From Candidatus Multivorans sp. (GTDB taxonomy: Bacteria > Acidobacteriota > Thermoanaerobaculia > Multivoradales > Multivoraceae): DNA of 64,000 bases. The notes beneath the pieces are model-generated. The model was given only the letters and a program-made list of their open reading frames with translations, was not told the DNA's origin and made no database searches. Position 1 is the stretch's first letter; every line of letters starts with the position of its first letter. The stretch is from positions 1,472,001 to 1,536,000 of the forward strand of contig OZ245033.1 in the NCBI GenBank assembly GCA_965224025.1, in the 5' to 3' direction. This document shows, piece after piece, positions 10,701-19,021 of the stretch. Both the position numbers and the translations under genes were made by a program.

Positions 10701-11374
10701 TCGAGGACATCCCCGAGCACCCGTTCGGCGATTGGCCTGGCCTGCCAGATCAGTTCCCGCACACGCAGGTAGTCGTCGCTCGCTCGGCCGCGGTCGGTAT
10801 CCGCGAGCGCCTCCGCGGCGCTCAGGAGCAGGACGACCAGGTTGTCTGGCCGCAGGCGCCTCAACCGGTCCATCGCGTTCCGCCGGTCGGCTTCGGCTCC
10901 GCTCGTGATTTCTGCTTGGCGGAAGAGCGCGTACTGCGCCTCCGGGTCGTCGGGCGCGAGCCGCGCGGCGCGGCGGTAATCCGCGAGGGCATCCTCGTTG
11001 CTCCCAGCGGTCCACCACTGCAGGATGTCGGCGCGAATCAGCAGCAGATCAGTCCGGTTGCCGCCCAGGTCGAGGGCGTGATTGATCGCGGCCAGCGCCT
11101 CCTCGTGCTGGTCCTGCCGGAGCAAGGCTACGCTCAGGTTGGCGTGGCCGAGCGGTTCGTCGGGCGCTAGCTCGGTCAGTTCCAGGAAGGTGGCTTCGGC
11201 AGCGGTCGGCCGCTCGTTTTCGAGTTGGGCATAGCCGAGGTTTCGCAGGCGCACCATCTCCTCGGACGGTTGGGGCTCCTCGGACGGTTGGGGCTCCTCG
11301 GACGGTTGGGGGCACGCGGCGCCTGTGGAGGCTAGTGCGGCGAGGACGAGAGGGGCTGGAAGTTTGCGGAGCAT
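7787..11374 (-). CDS. TPR plus FG-GAP/VCBS plus ASPIC/UnbV (CRTAC1-like) protein, probable lipoprotein
   Basis: Signal ending GAAC; TPR helices; repeated DFDGDDRPD/DFDSDGDLD/DLDDDGDQD loops; NWLRVRLVG..HIGLG..IRVVWANG; LKGSCPFLYTWDG. Confidence 0.88.
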   Translation of the reverse strand: MLRKLPAPLVLAALASTGAACPQPSEEPQPSEEPQPSEEMVRLRNLGYAQLENERPTAAEATFLELTELAPDEPLGHANLSVALLRQDQHEEALAAINHALDLGGNRTDLLLIRADILQWWTAGSNEDALADYRRAARLAPDDPEAQYALFRQAEITSGAEADRRNAMDRLRRLRPDNLVVLLLSAAEALADTDRGRASDDYLRVRELIWQARPIAERVLGDVLDALEANDLDLAQRLAPRVKNVLVDTPGWRSSLAEIHTNIPGIPVEHFEDEEPNEDFGPANPARFRATRIDNAPTSGRALEVADFDGDDRPDIARAASSGGADSSANRLVLRQAATGYATPGAAPETDAQILLVGDADNDRQLDLISIGDHLAVWQVDDTPQFGDASDRFLASSLAVTAADLIDFDSDGDLDLAVAKADGVPDLLRNVSGEEVFEGPLEALGRQALPEVEARSYHHLQATDADRDGDTDLLLAHDEGVLWLANLRQGQFAERTPPAPSRGLLGRLISLVGADEPAASALTTEAPVRVVRTADLDHDGGPEFLLAGDSTLILKRDEDGAVAPFPLAPGSVALPEGATDLALLDADNDGRLDLALVAGGELRVLTQTSDSGPEALDFRLARVMGLPRNPQFTAIRAEDLDDDGDQDLVAAGATGLYRIENLDGSENNWLRVRLVGLDVANQKNNVFGRGTTIEVKSGRAYQYFEVERPITHIGLGNRRQADLIRVVWANGVPQNRLDPSQNMTIVEEQVLKGSCPFLYTWDGEKITFVTDLLWGAPLGMPLADRVWNGYDPDELVRVDGAAPRDGFYDLRITEELWEAAYIDRARLWVVDHRDDVAVASNLRIVPGRGHIGRPPDEVVASTGIRPIVHASDGRGRDVTERVRARDDVYADGYERSRYQGHAAEPWAFTFDLGEAPGRPIRLWLDGWVFPADASLNLAIAQAVEYGDLQMVITRLEVETAKGWRTLLDPMGFPPGKTKTMVVDTPPLPAGATRLRIVTTRWLHWDRVAWSADIGGVNGSVVVVQARLDAATADLAYRGFSTLTRPAPNGPHLFDYQRTSTESPWLPFPGRYTRFGDVSELLTAVDDRLVVIGPGDEIRLLFDARGLEPPKPGYTRTVFLESFGWDKDADRNTWKADSNLPLPFQAMSGYPFAPGESYPRTSEIDAYREQWLTRVVGPESPFRGATASGLAVSARP
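11258..11311. repeat. 18-bp tandem repeat x3 encoding PQPSEE
   Basis: ctcctcggacggttgggg, three perfect copies. Confidence 0.95.
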
Positions 11375-11432
11375 GGCTCGTAGTGACATGTGCGGCGGGC
11401 GGCGGCCCAATCCTATGTCTCGACAGGACTAG

Positions 11433-11538
11433 CGCCGCCAAACCTGTCGCAGGCTCCATGTTTGGCCCCAGCCCCCACCTCACCAGAAGCTCGCGCCGCG
11501 AGCCTCGCTTTGCTGCGTTCCGCGGCGCGAGCTTCTAG
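11433..11538 (+). repeat. Palindromic repeat family 1, copy B
   Basis: cgccgccaaacctgtcgcagg..tgtttggccccagcccccacctc, then stem agaagctcgcgccgcg/cgcggcgcgagcttct. Confidence 0.85.
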
Positions 11539-11551
11539 AGTAGTCGCCACC

Positions 11552-14233
11552 GTGACCGCCAAGCGTCTCTTCCTGATCGACGGGTACTCCACGATCTTCC
11601 GCGCCTTCTACGCGATCCGGGGATTGTCGACGTCGTCCGGCGAGCCGACCAACGCGATCTACGGCTTCATCAACATGCTGCGCAAGCTGCTGCGGGAGGA
11701 AGAACCGCCGCTCCTCGGCATTGCGCTGGACGTGGGGCGCGCCACGGTGCGCACGGAGGCCTACGCCGAGTACAAGGCGAACCGGGCGCCGATGCCGGAG
11801 GACCTGAAGGCGCAGATGCCGGCGATCCGCCGGGCGATCGAGGCCTTCCGCATCCCGATCCTCGAACTCGAGCGCTACGAGGCGGACGACGTCCTCGGCA
11901 CTCTGGGCAACAGGGCGGAGGAAGCTGGCTACGACGTCACCATCGTCAGCGCCGACAAGGACCTGTTCCAACTCGTCAGCGACAGGGTGTCGCTGTTTCA
12001 CACGGGACGCGAGAAGACCTACGACCCCGCCCTGGTGGAGCAGGACTTCGGGGTGCCGCCCGGGCAGGTGGTCGAGGTCCTGGCGCTGGTCGGCGACAAG
12101 GTGGACAACGTGCCCGGCGTGCCGGGGATCGGCGCCAAGGGCGCGCAGACCCTGGTCAAGGAGTACGGGACGGTCGAGGCCCTGCTCGAAGCCGCGCCCG
12201 AACTCAAGCGCAAGGCGTACCGCGAAGGCTTGGCACGGCACGCGGACAAGGCCCTGTTGTCGAAGGAGCTGGTGACGATCCACACGGATCTCGATGTCCC
12301 CTTCGATCCCGAGGCACTCAAGATGGAGACCCCGGACTACGAGGCGCTGGCGGAACTGTGCCGCGAGTTCGAGTTCTGGAGCCTGCTCAAGGAGCTTGAG
12401 GGCGAGAGCGGCGGACCGGAGATCGAGCCGGCCGTCATCCTGGAGACCGTCGAGGCGTTCGGGGAGGCGGTACAGGGCCTGGGATCGCGGATCGCGGCCG
12501 GCGTCGTCTTCCGGCGCGGCGGCGAACCGGTCGGGTTGTCGTTTGCTCCGGTCGGGGACACGGCTGACGGGGACGGTGAGGGGACCGCGGGGATCGGCAG
12601 GGCCCACTATGCGGACTTCGGGCTCGCGGGGATGCGGGAGGCCGTGGCGGCCAGGCTGCGGGAATGGCTCGCCGACCCGGGCCTCGAGTTGATCGGGCAT
12701 GATCTGAAGGAGGTCGTCCGCCTCTGTCCACATGGGGACGGCCGGCCGGCGGTTGGCGCGCGCCTGGTCGACACGATGCTGATGGCCTACCTGGTCCACT
12801 CCGCCGTGCGCAGCTTCGGACTGGCGACCGTTGCCCTCGACCGCCTGTTCTACAAGGCGACGACGCCGGCGGACGCAGGTTTGGGTGAGGAGACGGCGGC
12901 CCTGGGCGAGGACACCGGGCTCGGTGTCTACGCGGCGGAGCAGGCGGTGCTTCCCGCCCTGATCCTCGAGGCGCTCGCCCCGCAGTGGCAGGAAACGCCG
13001 GGCGCGCGCGACGTCTACGACTCCATCGAGGCGCCCCTGATGCCGGTGCTGGCGGCGATGGAGGAGGAGGGCATCGAACTCGACTCCGGTGTGCTGTCCG
13101 AGATGTCGCGGCGCCTCGAACTGGACGCCGGCGACCTGGCGGAGGAGATCTTCGACATCGCCGGCGAACGGTTCAACATCCAGTCGCCGCCGCAGCTCGG
13201 CGTCGTCCTGTTCGAGAAGCTGGGCTATCCGGTGCTCGGCCGCACGCGCAAGACGAAGAAGTACTCGACCGGCGCCGAGGTCCTGGAGCAGCTCGCGCAG
13301 CGCGGCTTCGACCTGCCGGCCAGGGTGCTGCACTACCGGGAGCTGACCAAGCTCAAATCGACCTACGTCGACGCGCTGCCGCATCTGGTCGCGGCGGACG
13401 GCCGCCTGCACACCCGCTACCACCAGGCGGTGGCGGCGACCGGCCGGCTGTCCTCGCACGACCCGAACCTGCAGAACATCCCGATCCGTACCGAGATCGG
13501 GCGGAAGGTTCGCCGCGCCTTTCGCGCCCGGGACGGCTACCTGCTCCTGGTCGCCGACTACAGCCAGATCGAGCTGCGCGTGCTCGCGCATATCTCGGGC
13601 GACGAGACGCTGGTGGACATCTTCCAGCACGGCGGCGACATTCACCGCTCGACCGCTGCCACGGTGTTCGGCGTGGCGCCGGAACTGGTCACCGACGAGC
13701 AGCGGCGGGCCTCGAAGACGATCAACTTCGGGATCATCTACGGCATGAGCGCCTTCGGACTCGCGCGCGCCCTCGGCATCGCGCGCGGCGAGGCCCAGAA
13801 CTTCATCAACGCCTACTTCGAGCGGTTTCCCGGGGTTCGCACCTACACCGAGGAGACGTTGGCGAAGGCGGAGGAAGAGATGCGCGTCGAGACCCTCTAC
13901 GGCCGCGTGCGCTACCTGCCGGACATCAAGAGCCGCAACCGCGCGGTGCGCGAGAACACCCGCCGGATGGCCGTCAACGCTCGCATCCAGGGCACCGCCG
14001 CGGATCTCCTGAAGCTGGCCATGATCGCCGTCGATCGCCGGCTGCGGGCGGAACTCGAAGCCTCGCGGCTGCTCCTGACCGTCCACGACGAACTCGTGCT
14101 CGAAGCGCCCGCCGGCGCGATCTCCGAACTCACGGCTCTCGTCAGGGAAGGGATGGAAGGCGTCGCCGACCTGGCTGTGCCCCTGGTCGTCGATGTCGGC
14201 ACGGGTCCGGATTGGTACGAAGCGAAGGCCTGA
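11552..14233 (+). CDS. polA: DNA polymerase I
   Basis: LFLIDG..RAFYA, YEADDV, TGRLSSHDPNLQNIP, ADYSQIELR, KTINFGIIYG, IQGTAAD, VHDELV. Confidence 0.98.
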   Translation: MTAKRLFLIDGYSTIFRAFYAIRGLSTSSGEPTNAIYGFINMLRKLLREEEPPLLGIALDVGRATVRTEAYAEYKANRAPMPEDLKAQMPAIRRAIEAFRIPILELERYEADDVLGTLGNRAEEAGYDVTIVSADKDLFQLVSDRVSLFHTGREKTYDPALVEQDFGVPPGQVVEVLALVGDKVDNVPGVPGIGAKGAQTLVKEYGTVEALLEAAPELKRKAYREGLARHADKALLSKELVTIHTDLDVPFDPEALKMETPDYEALAELCREFEFWSLLKELEGESGGPEIEPAVILETVEAFGEAVQGLGSRIAAGVVFRRGGEPVGLSFAPVGDTADGDGEGTAGIGRAHYADFGLAGMREAVAARLREWLADPGLELIGHDLKEVVRLCPHGDGRPAVGARLVDTMLMAYLVHSAVRSFGLATVALDRLFYKATTPADAGLGEETAALGEDTGLGVYAAEQAVLPALILEALAPQWQETPGARDVYDSIEAPLMPVLAAMEEEGIELDSGVLSEMSRRLELDAGDLAEEIFDIAGERFNIQSPPQLGVVLFEKLGYPVLGRTRKTKKYSTGAEVLEQLAQRGFDLPARVLHYRELTKLKSTYVDALPHLVAADGRLHTRYHQAVAATGRLSSHDPNLQNIPIRTEIGRKVRRAFRARDGYLLLVADYSQIELRVLAHISGDETLVDIFQHGGDIHRSTAATVFGVAPELVTDEQRRASKTINFGIIYGMSAFGLARALGIARGEAQNFINAYFERFPGVRTYTEETLAKAEEEMRVETLYGRVRYLPDIKSRNRAVRENTRRMAVNARIQGTAADLLKLAMIAVDRRLRAELEASRLLLTVHDELVLEAPAGAISELTALVREGMEGVADLAVPLVVDVGTGPDWYEAKA

Positions 14234-14258
14234 CCCACTGGGTGCGCCGCGCGGGTCC

Positions 14259-14667
14259 TCATTGCGCACAGAGGTCGGGTTGGCGCAGGAGCCACCGCCG
14301 GCACCTGGCGCCCTGGTTCTCCGGGTAGACCTTGCCCCTCGGCGCCCTCAGGAGCCGGGTGTCCTTGAAGTCCTCGCGCAGGTCGTGGTCGCGCGAGTAC
14401 AGCAGTCTTGCTCCGCTGAGCCGCGCCAAGGCCACAACGTGCTCGTCGTTCGAACTGCACGATCCATGGGCCTTCAGCGTCGCCGCCTCCCGATCCACCT
14501 CGTCGTCCGCAACGTTCCGGGCGCGGCCCCGCAACAGGGCTTGCCGCAGCCAGGACTTGAACAGGTCGTTGCTCGACAGTTCCCTGCGCAGCAGGCCGCC
14601 GACAGCCAGGCGACCCCTGCCGGAATCGATCCAGCGCCGGAACTCCCGCGCTCCGGGCGGAGCATCG
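14259..14667 (-). pseudogene. 5'-truncated PIN-like protein
   Basis: GRLAVGGLLRREL..SNDEHVVALARLSGARLLYSRDHDLREDFKD..GKVY; no start of its own, joined out of frame to the ATPase remnant. Confidence 0.6.
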
Positions 14668-15666
14668 CCCGTAGCCGACATCGGTCAGATTCCGCCACGG
14701 TCCCTTGAGACGAGAACTGCCGGACTTGCGGACCTGGAGCTGGAACGGCTCGCTGCTGGTTCTGCCGAGGCGCCGAACCCGCATCTCGTCGAAGAGGCCC
14801 GAGGCCCGACCGAAGTTCTCAAGCGCTCTGTGCAGTGCGGTTCACGTTCGCTGGCTCCGATACGAGGCGTCCGCCAGGTACATGGGAACGGCTTCGCCTT
14901 CGGGGTCGTGCGTCAACCGTGACGGATCGTAGGTGCGCCGCGGCTTGGAGCGGACGGGTGCGCTTGCGTATGGCCGATCGTGGACGCGGGAAGCAGAATC
15001 CGCTCCAGCGAGGACTCGCAGAACCTCGCGGTCTTCGGCGGACGGAGCATCCGGTCCGCGCAGACTGGTCCAGAGAGGGCTGGGCGCGCTGCCGCCGTCT
15101 CGCATCTCGGCGAATGGATTTTCGGAGAAGTGAATGAGTTGAAAGAGGCCCCAGGGAAATAGGGTGTGCGTCTCATCGAAGGGACGGCCGAGGAGCGAGC
15201 TCGGCAGGCCGCAGCGCCAGGTTCCGTTCGGCGTGCCGACGGTGCCCTCGGCGCCTCCGAGGTCGACTTCGATGGACGCGTCTCCGTGGCGGACGCGTTT
15301 CCTCGTGAGAGTGGGTTGGTTGCGGTCCCGAGAGAACGTGAAGTCGAAGGAACGGTCGGCCCGCGCGTCGGAAGGCCGTTCTCGTGTCGCTGGTGGCGTG
15401 CCCGTGAAGCCGGCCTCGAACATCGTCGCCCGGCCGCCCCTGGCGCCCCGGTGATGCGCGATCTCGTCGAAGCTGCCGAGGTCGTACGGATCTTCCTTGA
15501 AGTCGGGCAGTTCGTGCCGGTAGCCGAGGTCCCAGAGCGCCCGGATCAGTGCCAGGAAGGACGTCTTGCCCGTGCTGTTCTCGCCGACGAGCAGAGTCAG
15601 CGGGCCGAGCCGAGCCTTCTGCTCGTCCCGGAAGCAGCGGAAGTTCCGGAGTCTGATCTCGTTCAT
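14668..15666 (-). pseudogene. ABC/AAA_15-21-type ATPase, in-frame TGA at 14842-14844 and C-terminus deleted
   Basis: IRLRNFRCF..LTLLVGENSTGKTS; the frame continues after the TGA to NLTDVGYG, then breaks before signature end and Walker B. Confidence 0.8.
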
Positions 15667-15700
15667 CGAGGCTCGCACGATCACAGGGCCGTCGCGGCCG

Positions 15701-16762
15701 CTAGACCGCGCTCGTAACCGCCGGAATCACCTGCTCGCCGTAGGCCGCGAGCGTGCCCTCCTTGTCGTCGTGCATCAGGTAGACGGCGAAGTGGTCGACG
15801 CCCAGAGACTTGAGCTCCCGCAGCTTCTCGATGTGGGCCTCCGCGGGGCCGAGGACGCACAGCCGGTCGACGATGCCGTCGGGCACGAACTCGGTGTCGG
15901 GGTTGCCGCTGCGGCCGTGGTGGGAGTAGTCGTACCCTTGCCGCTGGCGGATGTACTCGGCGAGCACCCGCGGCACCCTAGAGTCGTCTTCGCCGTAGCG
16001 CATCACCAAGTCGTGGATGTGGTTGCCGACCATGCCGCCGAACCAACGCAACTGGTCGCGCTGGTGCGCCAGATCCTCGCCCACGTAGGCCGGAGCGACC
16101 ACGCACACCGTGATCGCGTCCGGGTCGCGGCCCTCGTCCTCGGCCGCGTCCCGAACGGCCTGCAGCGTCCACTCCAGGATCTTCGGGTCGGCGAGTTGCA
16201 GCACGAAGCCGTCGGCGTGACGCCCGACTACATCGAGCGCCTTCGGACCGTAGGCCGCGACCCAGATCGGCAGTTCCGAGCCGGCGTCGCTCCGCCACGG
16301 GATGCTGACCGACGTGCCATTGCATTCCGCCTCCCGGCCCGCGAACAGCGCCCGCATCACGTCCATCGCGTCGACCATCGCGGACAGGGGCGCCGGCTTG
16401 CGGCCGATGTAGCGCAGCGCCGAATCGCCCCGGCCCATGGCGCAGGTCGTGCGCCCGGGGTACATCGAGTCGAGCGTGGCGAACAGCGATGCCAGCACCG
16501 TGGGATCGCGGGTGCCGGGGTTCGTCACCATCGGCCCGGCGGTCATGCGCTCGGTGCTCGCCAGGATCTGCGAGAAGATGACGAACGGCTCCGGCCACAG
16601 CACATGGGAGTCGAAGAGCCAGCAGTGGTCGAACCCGCGCGCCTCCGCGACGGTCGCGAGCTCGACGACGCGCGAGATCGGCGGGTCGGGCTGGAGGACC
16701 ACGCCGAAGGACATTCGATTCGCGTCCGCTGCAGCCCCCTTGGCCTCGTTCGACTCGTTCAT
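15701..16762 (-). CDS. LLM-class (probably F420-dependent) oxidoreductase, TIGR03842-like
   Basis: FGVVLQPDPP, FDSHVLWPEP, GPMVTNPGTRD, GRGDSA, AAYGPKAL, WFGGMVGNH, YDYSHHG. Confidence 0.88.
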   Translation of the reverse strand: MNESNEAKGAAADANRMSFGVVLQPDPPISRVVELATVAEARGFDHCWLFDSHVLWPEPFVIFSQILASTERMTAGPMVTNPGTRDPTVLASLFATLDSMYPGRTTCAMGRGDSALRYIGRKPAPLSAMVDAMDVMRALFAGREAECNGTSVSIPWRSDAGSELPIWVAAYGPKALDVVGRHADGFVLQLADPKILEWTLQAVRDAAEDEGRDPDAITVCVVAPAYVGEDLAHQRDQLRWFGGMVGNHIHDLVMRYGEDDSRVPRVLAEYIRQRQGYDYSHHGRSGNPDTEFVPDGIVDRLCVLGPAEAHIEKLRELKSLGVDHFAVYLMHDDKEGTLAAYGEQVIPAVTSAV

Positions 16763-16850
16763 CGTCCAAGGCTAGCAGCGACTGCCCAGCGACCGCGGAC
16801 CGCAAGGACGGCCGGGCGGGAGATCCTGGTGTGGGTCGGTTGCCGCGAAC

Positions 16851-16929
16851 GAGACATCGTTGACATCAACTGGCGCGCTCCGTACGGTTCGCCTGCTTCG
16901 ATGGCCTGCGGTGGAGGAACCCGCTCGCC
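16851..16929 (+). pseudogene. Remnant of a vapBC copy (promoter fragment plus vapC 3' end)
   Basis: 16851-16869 matches 18195-18213 at 18/19; 16888-16929 matches 18901-18942 at 35/42 and reads FACFDGLRWRNPLA. Confidence 0.75.
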
Positions 16930-16969
16930 TCCGAAGGCCGGACGATTGACCGGGCGAAGTGAGGACGCG

Positions 16970-18085
16970 ATGAGAATCGGCATTCCGACGGAGATCAAGC
17001 TGGACGAGCACCGGGTGGCGATCACGCCGTCCGGCGTGGCGGCGCTCACGGCGCGGGGCCACGAGGTGGCGATTCAGGCGGGCGCCGGCGTCGGCAGCGC
17101 GATCCCGGACCGCGCCTTCGAGGCCGCCGGCGCTCTGGTAGTCGAGAGCGCGGACGCTGTATGGGAGCGCTCCGAGATGATCCTGAAGGTCAAGGAGCCG
17201 CTCGAACCGGAGTTCGAGCGCATGCGGCGGGGGCAGATCCTCTTCACCTATCTGCACCTGGCGGCGTCGAAGGAGTTAACCGCGCAGTTGCTCGAACGGC
17301 GGGTGGTGGGCATCGGCTACGAGACGGTACAGCTCGCCGACGGCGCGCTGCCGCTCCTGGCGCCGATGTCGGAGGTCGCCGGCCGCCTCTCGATTCAGGC
17401 CGGCGCCGCGTCGCTCGAGCGGCTGGCGGGCGGCAAAGGCCTCCTGCTGCCCGGCGTCTCCGGCGTGCGCCGCGGACGGGTCACGATCATCGGCGCGGGT
17501 GTCGTGGGGCTGAATGCCTGTGTGGTCGGCGTCGGCTTCGGCGCCGACGTCACGATCCTCGACATCGATCCCCGGCGGCTGAGCTATGTGCGCGACGTGG
17601 TCCAGGGCCACGTGACGACGCTGATGTCGAACGACGCGAACATCGAGGGCGCGGTGGCTTCGGCCGATCTCGTAGTGTGCTCCGTGCTGATCCCCGGTGC
17701 CCGCACGCCGCGTCTGGTCACCCGCGCCCACCTCGCGCGGATGGAGCGGGGGTCGGCGTTGGTGGACGTGGCGGTCGACCAGGGCGGTTGCGCCGAGACA
17801 AGCCGGCCGACCACCCACCGCGATCCGCGCTACGTTGAAGAAGGGGTGATCCACTACTGCGTCTCGAACATGCCCGGCGCCGTCCCCCACACCTCGACCT
17901 ACGCGCTGACCAACGCGACGATGACCTACGCCCTGGAGATCGCCGACCGCGGCTGGCGAGGGGCGGCGAAACGCGACCCGGCCCTCGCCGGCGGCGTCAA
18001 CGTCGTCGACGGGCAGGTGACGCACCAGGCGGTTGCCGCCGCCCACGGCCTCGACTGGATGCAACTCGCGGACGTGAGCGGCTGA
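16970..18085 (+). CDS. ald: Alanine dehydrogenase
   Basis: [64 protein letters not shown]. Confidence 0.97.
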   Translation: MRIGIPTEIKLDEHRVAITPSGVAALTARGHEVAIQAGAGVGSAIPDRAFEAAGALVVESADAVWERSEMILKVKEPLEPEFERMRRGQILFTYLHLAASKELTAQLLERRVVGIGYETVQLADGALPLLAPMSEVAGRLSIQAGAASLERLAGGKGLLLPGVSGVRRGRVTIIGAGVVGLNACVVGVGFGADVTILDIDPRRLSYVRDVVQGHVTTLMSNDANIEGAVASADLVVCSVLIPGARTPRLVTRAHLARMERGSALVDVAVDQGGCAETSRPTTHRDPRYVEEGVIHYCVSNMPGAVPHTSTYALTNATMTYALEIADRGWRGAAKRDPALAGGVNVVDGQVTHQAVAAAHGLDWMQLADVSG

Positions 18086-18203
18086 CAAGGGGCCGGCAGC
18101 GACCGGCCGGTCGCTCTCGGTGTCAAGCGCACTGGCAGCCCGTGGTGGAAGTCCGTGTAGCACCAAGGATGTTCGGCGGCAATCAGGGCGCGCAGAGACA
18201 TCA

Positions 18204-18232
18204 TTGACATCAAACGAGACGGTCTCTATGAT
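18204..18232 (+). promoter_or_regulatory. Sigma70 promoter of vapBC with operator-like repeats; probably leaderless
   Basis: TTGACA-17 bp-TATGAT; ATG 7 nt after the -10; ACATCA x2 and inverted TGATGC x2 overlap the promoter. Confidence 0.8.
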
Positions 18233-18238
18233 GCTGTG

Positions 18239-18520
18239 ATGCGGACGACGCTGACGATCGACGAAGACATCGCGGCCCGGATCGAAGAACGCCGCCGGCG
18301 GGATGGGCGGTCGCTCAAACAGATCGTCAACACGCTATTGCGCGAGGGGCTTCGCGGTGAGGGACGGCCACGGTCGAAGCCGTACCGCACGAGGCCGCAC
18401 GAACTCTGCCTCCGCCCCGGTTTCGACGGCGCGCGGCTCAACCAGCTCGTCGACGAGTTGGAGACCGATGAGCGTTTGGCGAGCGAGGCCCGGCTACGTT
18501 CGCGCCGTCCGCGTCGATGA
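18239..18520 (+). CDS. vapB: VapB/CopG-type antitoxin
   Basis: MRTTLTIDEDIA..SLKQIVNTLLREGL; overlaps the PIN toxin gene. Confidence 0.85.
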   Translation: MRTTLTIDEDIAARIEERRRRDGRSLKQIVNTLLREGLRGEGRPRSKPYRTRPHELCLRPGFDGARLNQLVDELETDERLASEARLRSRRPRR

Positions 18521-18972
18521 TCGTGCCGGACGTCAACCTGCTGGTGTACTCCGTGGATGCGGCGAGTCCGTTCCACGTAGGGGCGCGTCGTTGGTGGGAT
18601 GGAGTGCTCTCCTCCGATTCGGAGGTCGGGCTGTGCTATCCGAGCATTCTCGGGTTCCTGCGAATGACGACGAATCGGCGCGTGTTCGAGTCGCCCCTGG
18701 CCATCGTGGATGGGCTGAACCGGGTTCAGACTTGGCTGGATCAGCCGAACACGGTGTTGCTGGCGCCGACGGACCGTCACTGGCCGGTCCTCTTCGGGCT
18801 CCTGGAGGCGGCGAATGTCGGCGCGAACCTGACGACCGACGCTCATATCGCCGCGTACGCGATCGAACATGCCGGCACTGTCTACTCGAACGACGGCGAC
18901 TTCGCCCGTTTCGACGGCCTGCGATTGAGGAACCCGTTGGCCGCCGACGGCTCGGCTGCCGGGCGGGCGTAG
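18517..18972 (+). CDS. vapC: VapC PIN-domain toxin
   Basis: MIVPDVNLLVY, NLTTDAHIAAYAIEH, YSNDGDFARFDGL..NPL. Confidence 0.93.
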   Translation: MIVPDVNLLVYSVDAASPFHVGARRWWDGVLSSDSEVGLCYPSILGFLRMTTNRRVFESPLAIVDGLNRVQTWLDQPNTVLLAPTDRHWPVLFGLLEAANVGANLTTDAHIAAYAIEHAGTVYSNDGDFARFDGLRLRNPLAADGSAAGRA

Positions 18973-19021
18973 CGAAGGGCGAAGTGCGGGCCGGCATTCC
19001 GACTGAGATCCCAACTTCGCG

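Noticed and set aside
14842-14844. In-frame TGA read as selenocysteine (selB is nearby)
   Set aside because: There is no redox or Cys context, it is likely a mutated TGG, and the gene is also deleted further downstream.
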